A DNA stretch of 64,000 nucleotides from the IMG/VR virus record IMGVR_UViG_3300009370_001778, positions 1-64,000 of that record; one strand, 5' to 3'. The DNA comes from a virus. Position 1 is the first letter of the stretch; each line of letters starts with the position of its first letter. The position numbers and the translations under genes are program-made. This document shows, one piece after another, positions 20,005 through 27,379 of this stretch. Under the pieces are notes generated by a model. The model ran no database searches. It was not told the origin of the DNA and saw only the letters and a list, made by a program, of their open reading frames with translations.

Positions 20005-20337
20005 CACAGGCATCGACTGATGGTGAAAATATTAGTTGCATTGACTGGTTGATCGGATGGCCAGTATAAAAGCCGATTACAATTTTAATTGCTGAACCTA
20101 GTTTCGCAATCGCAGCCTAGCTGCTGAGGCTTACCGCGCCTTATCACCCAAGCGGTAACGGGCTAAGTCGTGCTTAGATAGAGGGTTCACTACTTGAGTT
20201 AAAAGTGAAATGATGGTATGTCCATTTGACTCCGATAAGTCGGATAACTTTGTTCGCTGTGTGAATACAACGTACTAACAATGTAGATGCTACTATGGAA
20301 GCTAGACAGGACGCGGGTTCGATTCCCGCCGCCTCCA
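19997..20337 (+). ncRNA. ssrA: tmRNA (one-piece), tag peptide (A)AEPSFAIAA
   Basis: 5' GGGGGTGAC..GGCATCGAC; 3' GACGCGGGTTCGATTCCCGCCGCCTCCA T-arm/acceptor with G3.U wobble; TTAATT then resume codon GCT at 20091, tag ORF to TAG 20120; CCA not fully encoded. Confidence 0.92.
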
Positions 20338-20351
20338 CTTAAGGGTATAAT

Positions 20352-20588
20352 ATGAAAGAGTACAGAGTTATATATAGTGTTGATGGGATTGAGCATTTCA
20401 GGAACATAGATACCGCCTCATCGCCAAGCGAGGCTGGCAAAATGACAGAACTTGCAGCAAGGTGGAAAGATTTACATTCTGAAGTAAAAATAATCTCAGT
20501 AGAAATCGTAGATAAAGACTATAAAAATAGGGTTAATACGATAAAAAATAAGTCGCAACTTTTCCAGTATGGTGATCTAGAGCATTAA
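20352..20588 (+). CDS. Hypothetical protein
   Basis: ORF track. Confidence 0.5.
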   Translation: MKEYRVIYSVDGIEHFRNIDTASSPSEAGKMTELAARWKDLHSEVKIISVEIVDKDYKNRVNTIKNKSQLFQYGDLEH

Positions 20589-20633
20589 ATACTGGTGTAT
20601 GTGATTATATAACAAAAACATAAGGAGGGCGCT

Positions 20634-20915
20634 ATGCCTTTAAAAAAATGCTCTGAAAATGAGAAAAGCGGTTGGAAGTGGGGAGACTCTGGGAAGTGTT
20701 ACACTGGCAGGGAAGCTAAGAAAAAAGCTATAAAGCAAGGTATAGTTATAGAGGGGCCAAAAAAGTTTCAACAGATGGCCTCATGCTTTGAAGAGCCATT
20801 ATCTAAAAAAGATATGGAGTCTGTAGCCGAAGCCCTCATTGATGAAGGTTATAGAAATGTAACCATAGTTGCAACACTAGCACTGTTGAGAAATCTAAAT
20901 GATAAAGAAAATTAA
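20634..20915 (+). CDS. Hypothetical phage protein
   Basis: AGGAGG RBS; GWKWGDSGKCYTG motif. Confidence 0.65.
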   Translation: MPLKKCSENEKSGWKWGDSGKCYTGREAKKKAIKQGIVIEGPKKFQQMASCFEEPLSKKDMESVAEALIDEGYRNVTIVATLALLRNLNDKEN

Positions 20916-21236
20916 ATTGGCTGAAGATCTGATAGCAGCTATAACAAATTTGAATCCGGCGGTGGCGACACTACTGAACCACACAGGAAGCTATGAAGAG
21001 ACTGTTGATGAGGTCGTAGACGTTCTTGATCAATACTTCCAACTAGAAGAATTAGATAAGAAATAAATACCATCAGCTTTCTTTTTTTTGGTTTTTTCTA
21101 TTTTATAATGGCCCTCTCGCCATTTTTCGACTATAATATCTTAGGAGACAAATATGTTATATATATTTATGTCCCGTGAGGAACCTGATGTGTTTGTCAC
21201 TAATTTTATGTAGTTTTTTATTAGGAGTCTTAGGAT

Positions 21237-21473
21237 ATGAAAACTAAGGAAACAACAGACTGGGGGTTTTTACTCTCAACAGCTCGTAACCGAAAGGTTA
21301 TGAAACAATTCGCTACAGGCAGCATCTCAGCTTCTGCAGCAACACAAGTTTTTGCTCACAGCGACTACGCTGGGGAATTTCGAAAACTTCTCCGTGCTAA
21401 CGGAACCCTTTACGCTAGACGACTTACACGCAAAGCATTGCGTTATCGTGGAATTATGAAAACAGCTAGCTAA
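21237..21473 (+). CDS. Small basic hypothetical protein
   Basis: ORF track with RBS. Confidence 0.6.
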   Translation: MKTKETTDWGFLLSTARNRKVMKQFATGSISASAATQVFAHSDYAGEFRKLLRANGTLYARRLTRKALRYRGIMKTAS

Positions 21474-21502
21474 TTCTATTTCTTAAGAAAGAAGGTAAAC
21501 AA

Positions 21503-21910
21503 ATGAGTGATATTAACAAAGTTATTATTACAGGTAGAGTAACAAGAGACAGCGAACTTCGCACGACCCCAAATGGAACGTCCGTAACAGACGTTAGTGT
21601 TGTTTCAAATCGAATTTGGAACAAGGCTGGAGATCGTCAGGAAGAGCCCACCTTTGTAGATGTAACCCTCTGGGGGAAACAGGCAGAATCTCTGTCTCAG
21701 TATCTCACAAAGGGCCGACACGTAATGGTCGAAGCTCGCCTGAAGCTGAACTCTTGGGAAACAGATGAAGGCGTTAAACGTAACAAGCTAACTCTTGTTG
21801 CAGAAAATGTCAACTTGACTCCAAGCAACACTAATCCGAATGGTAACAACCAGCAACAAGCTCCAGCCGCTAGTGCTAGTTCAGAATCGGTAGAGGATAC
21901 CCCTTTCTAG
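21503..21910 (+). CDS. ssb: Single-stranded DNA-binding protein
   Basis: INKVIITGRVTRD.ELR.TPNG, WGKQAE....YL.KG, acidic DTPF tail. Confidence 0.92.
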   Translation: MSDINKVIITGRVTRDSELRTTPNGTSVTDVSVVSNRIWNKAGDRQEEPTFVDVTLWGKQAESLSQYLTKGRHVMVEARLKLNSWETDEGVKRNKLTLVAENVNLTPSNTNPNGNNQQQAPAASASSESVEDTPF

Positions 21911-22056
21911 GGTTTCTATTGTCGCCCATACAGTAAGTTAGCTGTTCTTAACTGTAGACAATGGCTACAACAAAACAGCCGAGCTTCATCTCTGCTCGAA
22001 AATGTAGGTTTATGACCCGTTCCTAACCTTAAAGAGTTGCTATCACAAAACGGGTC
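21909..22056 (+). ncRNA. Tandem pair A of double-pseudoknot RNA motif (units 21909-21979, 21980-22056)
   Basis: Same four-helix geometry as pairs B and C; gctgtt/aacagc and gacccgtt/aacgggtc 3' pseudoknots; followed by a U tract. Confidence 0.75.
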
Positions 22057-22136
22057 TTTTTTATTCTAGGAAAAACAAATGGACATAATGGACATTCTCT
22101 TTTGGTTCGTTGTGATTGAGGAAGAAGACAGGTACT

Positions 22137-23225
22137 ATGAAGAACCTTAACTTGATGGCCCCTATTAACTCTCTAGGATATGGAGTAGCTTCTAAAAATA
22201 TTTTAAGAGGTTTGTCAGAAAAGACAAATCTTTCTTTATTTCCTATCGGGGGACCTCAAATAGAGAGCGAGCGAGAAAAGACCCTTGTAGAAGAGTGTAT
22301 GTCAAGAAGCAGAATGTTTGATGTGACAGCGCCGTGTATCAAAATCTGGCATGAGTTCGACCTTGGAACCAGAGTCGGCAAAGGAGATATGATAGCCTTT
22401 CCATTTTTTGAATTGAATAAGTTTAACGAACTAAAGAAACATCATCTATCATCCTGTGATAAGATTTACACTCCCTCTAAATGGGCGAAAGAAGTAATAG
22501 AAAACGAAGTACCCAATTCAAGTGTAAAGGTGATTCCACTAGGTGTTGACACGAGTATCTTTTTTCCCACTTTAGCATCTGATAAGAGAAAGCAGCAACA
22601 AGAAGACCATAAGAAATTCGTTGTATTTAATTGTGGTAAATGGGAAATAAGAAAAGGACATGACGCCATCTTAGATATTTTTAGAGAAGCGTTTCCCGAC
22701 GAACAAGACGTAGAACTATGGATGATGTGTTCTAACCCTGTGGCGAATCAAGAAGTAAACACACAGTGGTCTAACTTTTATAAGCAAGATCAAAGAGTAC
22801 GGGTATTAGATAGGGTGCAAAGCCAGCAAGAACTTTCAAATGTAATAAACAATGTTGACTGTGGTCTCTTTCCAAGTAGGGCTGAAGGTTGGAACTTTGA
22901 GCTCCTTGAGCTTATGGCCTGCGGGAAGCAGGTTGTTGCTACTGAATATTCAGCACACACTGAGTATTGTAATAGCAAAAATAGCATCACAGTAAAGCCT
23001 AAAAAGATGGAGAAGGCATTTGATGGACTTTATTTTAAAGAGGATGAGGTTGGAGACTGGGCCTCTCTAGATGGAATCAAGATTTCATTTTCTAACGCGA
23101 TACGTTCTGTTTACGAAGACTGGAAAACAGGAAAGAGCATTGACAACGCGGCAGGCGTAGAGACAGCATTTAAGTTTGACTGGGAAAACACTAGAGATAA
23201 AATTTTAGAGGATTTAAATGACTAA
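22137..23225 (+). CDS. GT4 glycosyltransferase
   Basis: IPLGVD, GKWEIRKG, FPSRAEGWNFELLELMACG. Confidence 0.85.
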   Translation: MKNLNLMAPINSLGYGVASKNILRGLSEKTNLSLFPIGGPQIESEREKTLVEECMSRSRMFDVTAPCIKIWHEFDLGTRVGKGDMIAFPFFELNKFNELKKHHLSSCDKIYTPSKWAKEVIENEVPNSSVKVIPLGVDTSIFFPTLASDKRKQQQEDHKKFVVFNCGKWEIRKGHDAILDIFREAFPDEQDVELWMMCSNPVANQEVNTQWSNFYKQDQRVRVLDRVQSQQELSNVINNVDCGLFPSRAEGWNFELLELMACGKQVVATEYSAHTEYCNSKNSITVKPKKMEKAFDGLYFKEDEVGDWASLDGIKISFSNAIRSVYEDWKTGKSIDNAAGVETAFKFDWENTRDKILEDLND

Positions 23226-23251
23226 TGAGAAGGTCTTGGGAGCACATCTAG

Positions 23252-23791
23252 ATGAAACTAGCAGGCATGAGAACTTACCTAGCGGGAGCAATGGATAGAG
23301 TTCCCGACGGAGGGGTTGGTTGGAGAAATAGAATAACCCCCATCCTCAAAACAATGGGTGTTACCGTCCTGAACCCTTGTGATAAACCAGTAGATATTGC
23401 ACTAGAAGATAAGGGTACTCGAACTGATATAAATCTTTTAAAAAAAAGAAAACAGTTTGGCAGGATCAAAAAAGACTATGGAGTTATACGTACTTTAGAT
23501 TTAAGATGTGTTGACATATCTGACTTCATTATAGCGTCCATAGATATAGATGTTCATGCTTGCGGAACTTATGAAGAGATATCTGTAGCTAATAGTCAAA
23601 AAAAACCCGTGCTCATATGGTGTCAACAAGGCAAAGAACAGGCTCCAAACTGGCTATTCTTTATGCTACCTCACCAGCATATATTTGGATCTTTGGACGA
23701 ACTGCTTAGATATCTTATAGATGTCGGCACTGGAAAAGATATAAAACACTACAAAAGATGGTTTTTCTTTGATCAAAAGAGAATGTCATAA
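23252..23791 (+). CDS. Nucleoside 2-deoxyribosyltransferase-like protein
   Basis: YLAGAM, VLNP, DLRCVDISD, GTYEE, KPV. Confidence 0.7.
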   Translation: MKLAGMRTYLAGAMDRVPDGGVGWRNRITPILKTMGVTVLNPCDKPVDIALEDKGTRTDINLLKKRKQFGRIKKDYGVIRTLDLRCVDISDFIIASIDIDVHACGTYEEISVANSQKKPVLIWCQQGKEQAPNWLFFMLPHQHIFGSLDELLRYLIDVGTGKDIKHYKRWFFFDQKRMS

Positions 23792-23991
23792 TGTATGCAA
23801 TATGCGCTATAACAATAACTTCTATATGTTACGCTATAGCCTCTATATCCTGTATAAAAGACAAGGACTATCCACATTCTTTAATGTGGTTTGCCTACGC
23901 ACTAGCTAATATAGGTCTCCTCTGGTACGAGATACAAAAACAAAAGTCATAACTCCACTTTTTTGCCGTAATTTATGGGGTATAATATAGT

Positions 23992-24402
23992 ATGAGAATG
24001 CTTAAGAGTATACTGTCGAAAATTTTTTATAGAAAAAATAAAGAAGAACCCAAGAATGAAGAAGAGGATGAACACCTTATTCCAGAAAACAGAATAGGGT
24101 CGAGCATAACAATCACCCTTGATCCAGAGTCAGCAGACTTCAATGTTATAGTAGATATAAATGACACCTCAGACTCGTGTGCTTTTACTCTTGGGAGTCT
24201 TCTGGGAATGTTAAATAATGGGCAAATGTCGCCATATTTTACACAAGCCTATCATAGCTGGTGTGATGGAGATTATCAAAAGGAGTTGTTTATAAGCAAG
24301 GTTCTTCTAAACTGGTTAGAGTCTAGAAACTCCTTTTCTTCAGAGTATGAAAACGTAGCAGTTAAGCCATCTCAAGTTTTTAATTTTCCACTGAAAGAAT
24401 GA
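23992..24402 (+). CDS. Hypothetical protein
   Basis: ORF track; GGGGTATAAT ends 5 nt upstream of the ATG. Confidence 0.6.
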   Translation: MRMLKSILSKIFYRKNKEEPKNEEEDEHLIPENRIGSSITITLDPESADFNVIVDINDTSDSCAFTLGSLLGMLNNGQMSPYFTQAYHSWCDGDYQKELFISKVLLNWLESRNSFSSEYENVAVKPSQVFNFPLKE

Positions 24403-24851
24403 GAAAGGTAGAGTCCATGAACGAAAACTTTGAATATCCAAAAGATTTTGATGTTTACTGGGAGAAATGGATAGACGCTTATGAACAGGAACTTGAGGAA
24501 GAACAGCAGCTGTTTGAACAGTTAACAGAAGAAGAACTATCTGAGCTAGACATTAGCTTTGAAGATCTACCCAAACAATATGACAAAGTAGCTCACGTAA
24601 GAAGCGTTATGACGCCTTTCGGCATTATACCCCTAACAGAACAGTCATTAGCCAGCAGTCACTTTAAACTTTGGGTAGGACACAGCAACTTTAAAATACT
24701 CGAATCTCATGTCAAGGTCATAGGGGCCGTTTCTGGGGTCGAAAGCATAGATGTCCTAACTCCTTACAGGTTCAGAATATCTGTTGCAAAACTGTTTATA
24801 GATAGAGATGTAATGTCAGAGGTTAGAGAGGCTCTTCTTGGCACTCTATAA
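24399..24851 (+). CDS. Hypothetical acidic protein
   Basis: ORF track. Confidence 0.6.
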   Translation: MRKVESMNENFEYPKDFDVYWEKWIDAYEQELEEEQQLFEQLTEEELSELDISFEDLPKQYDKVAHVRSVMTPFGIIPLTEQSLASSHFKLWVGHSNFKILESHVKVIGAVSGVESIDVLTPYRFRISVAKLFIDRDVMSEVREALLGTL

Positions 24852-24860
24852 TGAAAAAAA

Positions 24861-25493
24861 ATGTATCTAGAATTTTGCAATTACAACAAAAGCTATGTAA
24901 ACGAGATAGCGGATCAAGTAAAAGAAATATTTGAAGCTATCAGTCTTGGGTTCGATGGTATTTCCCTACCTTCCTATTTAGCAAACAGGATGTCCGAAGA
25001 CCTCTCCCCTTTGGATATGTCGGTGTCTTGTCCAGTGGACTATCCCACCGGAACAAGTAGCAAAAGGGTAAGAGCTCATGAGACCCTATCTATAGCTAAG
25101 ACCTACGTTAACACTATAGACCTAGTATTAAATCCTATTTTAGTAAAAGAAGATAAGCTTCTTGATCTAAAAAAAGAAATCGAAACGCATCTTAATATCT
25201 GCAAGGATTATGGCTCAACCCTGCGTGTCGTCATACATCATAATCTCTACTCTTTAAGGAAAAATGTTAGCCTTGCTAGAGTAATAGAAGATGCAGGATG
25301 TGAATTTATAATTCCCTCAGCAGGATTTCATAATGATGACATATACGACAATTTATTAACATCTAAAGTTATTGAAGATAAAACATCTGTGAAAAGCATT
25401 TGCAATGGATATATCTGGCTAAAAGATCAGTATCAGACGGTTATTGAGTCAAAAGTTCATGGGTTGAGAATATATTCTTTGAATATACTTTAA
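24861..25493 (+). CDS. Deoxyribose-phosphate aldolase (DeoC)-like TIM barrel, catalytic Lys apparently missing
   Basis: PVDYPTG, IDLVLN, LRVVI, AGCEFIIPSAGF (vs AGADFVKTSTGF). Confidence 0.7.
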   Translation: MYLEFCNYNKSYVNEIADQVKEIFEAISLGFDGISLPSYLANRMSEDLSPLDMSVSCPVDYPTGTSSKRVRAHETLSIAKTYVNTIDLVLNPILVKEDKLLDLKKEIETHLNICKDYGSTLRVVIHHNLYSLRKNVSLARVIEDAGCEFIIPSAGFHNDDIYDNLLTSKVIEDKTSVKSICNGYIWLKDQYQTVIESKVHGLRIYSLNIL

Positions 25494-25588
25494 AAACTGT
25501 TTTTTAGTGTATAACAAAACAAGGAATGGATTTTATTTGTTAGGAATTATAGGATTTGTAATAACTCAATAATATAAGGTTATATAAA

Positions 25589-26200
25589 ATGGGTTTTATT
25601 ACTGATATTACTAATGCCACTCCGACGACCGGAACTTTTTACGATGGTCAACCTAGTGGTATGGACAATGATGGTGGATCTATCATGGGTCCAATTTGGG
25701 GTGGCGAAGTATTTGCTACAACCCCTTATGTCAATGCTGTTGCCTTTAGAGCAGCGGACGACATTATAACTGTAGTTTCTGGGGTTCACAATGCAGTATC
25801 TAATGCTGCGGGAACTTGGAATTTTGCAGGTGGAAGTGGCGTTATTGTAAAAGCTACTACATATCTGGGTGGAGTTGCAAATAATGCAGCTGTATTCGGA
25901 GCTAGCGATTCTGCTAATGGTGATTCAATTCACCAATCTGTAGTACTTAGAAATCGCCTATATAAAACTGCAGTTAGAGCAGGGAACTGGAACGAGTACA
26001 CAGGTGCTTGGTCTTCCGCTCCAACCGTTGCAGATACTGGTGGTTACGACATCGCGGCAGGCTTGGACAATTCCCCAACGCTTAAAGCTAGTGGAACTGA
26101 CCACGCAGCTAATCCGTCTTCGGCAAGTCCGGGCGCATTACAATATGATCTTGGTCAGGTTCCAGTACAAACTGGATATCAACCTAGATACTTGTGGTAA
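25589..26200 (+). CDS. Putative virion structural protein (G/A/T-rich)
   Basis: Composition; N-terminus shared with 37111..39846; followed by terminator. Confidence 0.55.
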   Translation: MGFITDITNATPTTGTFYDGQPSGMDNDGGSIMGPIWGGEVFATTPYVNAVAFRAADDIITVVSGVHNAVSNAAGTWNFAGGSGVIVKATTYLGGVANNAAVFGASDSANGDSIHQSVVLRNRLYKTAVRAGNWNEYTGAWSSAPTVADTGGYDIAAGLDNSPTLKASGTDHAANPSSASPGALQYDLGQVPVQTGYQPRYLW

Positions 26201-26213
26201 TGTCTTTTTAATT

Positions 26214-26247
26214 AGAGGGGCAAAGCAATTTGCCTCTCTTTTTTTTC
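26214..26247 (+). terminator. Intrinsic terminator
   Basis: agaggggcaaa-gcaa-tttgcctctct followed by T7. Confidence 0.75.
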
Positions 26248-26271
26248 ACCTAACAACAATGAGAAACAACT

Positions 26272-26577
26272 ATGAAAATTTTAGCCTTTTTGCCACCAGT
26301 GCTGGTAGCCGTCGGAGACGTAATGCCCGGATTCGACTGGGGAACAATCTCCGCCACGGGACTATTGGGTTGGTATCTCTGGTACACGACAAAGGTTGTC
26401 TTTCCAAACCACCAAAAAAGAGTTGGAGAAATGCAGGAAAGTTTTACCGAGCAGTTTAATATACAAAGAGAACACTATGAGAACATCATTGAAGATGTTC
26501 AGGTCAGACAAGATAAAAGACACGAACAAATTGTAGAAACTCTAGAAAAAATTAATGATTCTTTAGACAAAGATTAA
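26272..26577 (+). CDS. Holin-like membrane protein with C-terminal coiled coil
   Basis: TM segment GLLGWYLWY, then coiled coil. Confidence 0.5.
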   Translation: MKILAFLPPVLVAVGDVMPGFDWGTISATGLLGWYLWYTTKVVFPNHQKRVGEMQESFTEQFNIQREHYENIIEDVQVRQDKRHEQIVETLEKINDSLDKD

Positions 26578-26628
26578 TAAATGAGGTATAATATACTATG
26601 TCAATATTTTTTTTAAAGGAGACATCGA

Positions 26629-26802
26629 ATGGTTGAAAAGCTAAAAGGCTTATTTAAATCACGCCGCTTTTGGACGGCCTTTGCTAGTGTAGTCGTAGTA
26701 GTTTTACACGACAGCTTTGGAATTCCAGAAGAAACAGCGAACACTATCGCCGCAATTGGCGTTAGTTGGATCGTTGGCGACTCGCTTAGAATTACAGAAT
26801 AA
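26629..26802 (+). CDS. Small holin-like protein (57 aa)
   Basis: AGGAGA RBS; MVEKLKGLFKSRRFWTAFASVVVV..., two TM segments, SRxFW motif; not in the ORF track. Confidence 0.65.
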   Translation: MVEKLKGLFKSRRFWTAFASVVVVVLHDSFGIPEETANTIAAIGVSWIVGDSLRITE

Positions 26803-26820
26803 AATGGATTTTGTTCCACA

Positions 26821-26853
26821 AAGGGGGGTGATTTTTTCGCCCCCCTTTTTTAT
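26821..26853 (+). terminator. Intrinsic terminator
   Basis: aaggggggtga...tcgccccctt + T run. Confidence 0.75.
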
Positions 26854-26880
26854 TACCCCACCTTTTTTCAGGAAATAGTT

Positions 26881-27069
26881 ATGGACATAGATAGAGGAGA
26901 AATTGCATTTACTAGAGATATATATCCCGACATAGCAAAACTCTACGCCAGCAAAAAGTGTAAGACATGTTATGGAAGAGGACTTATATCAATAAGGTAT
27001 CCCGGAGAAAATGCTAATAGAAAAAATTATTGCGGATGTGTTGACAAAAATATGAGTAAGGAACAGTAA
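26881..27069 (+). CDS. Small Cys-rich (CxxCxGxG...CxC) protein
   Basis: CKTCYGRG, YCGCV. Confidence 0.55.
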   Translation: MDIDRGEIAFTRDIYPDIAKLYASKKCKTCYGRGLISIRYPGENANRKNYCGCVDKNMSKEQ

Positions 27070-27097
27070 CCACTTTTCTAGTGGTGTATAATCTTAT

Positions 27098-27286
27098 GTC
27101 TGGAGAAAACTGAGCGAATACAAAAACAATTTCGCTAAAGCGACACTTCTCTAGATAATGCACTAGTTTTTCATTTAGGTTCGAAACTTTTTTGGCTCCG
27201 TTCCCAGCGAACAGGATGTAAAACCCTCCCCAAGTGTCGCTTTTTAAAACACCAATTCTCGCCCTCCCAAAAAGGGCGAGTTTTTT
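27098..27286 (+). ncRNA. Putative structured RNA / leader upstream of nrdA
   Basis: Promoter-like GGTGTATAAT 27083-27092; 12-bp inverted repeat 27137-27148/27232-27243; terminator 27258-27286. Confidence 0.5.
27258..27286 (+). terminator. Intrinsic terminator
   Basis: ctcgccct...agggcgag + TTTTTT. Confidence 0.75.
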
Positions 27287-27379
27287 ATTATTATACAGAG
27301 TATTTTTCGCGAACCCAGCGTTTGTAGTGGTACTATTTAGTAGTGATATCAATAATAACGATCATGCTCAGGGTTTAAT

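Noticed and set aside
20305-20337. Stand-alone tRNA
   Set aside because: The T-arm and acceptor belong to the tmRNA; no anticodon arm.
21909-22056. HDV-like/theta, twister or SAM-II/V identity for the motif
   Set aside because: Helix order and conserved nucleotides do not match these families as I recall them; an Rfam search is still needed.
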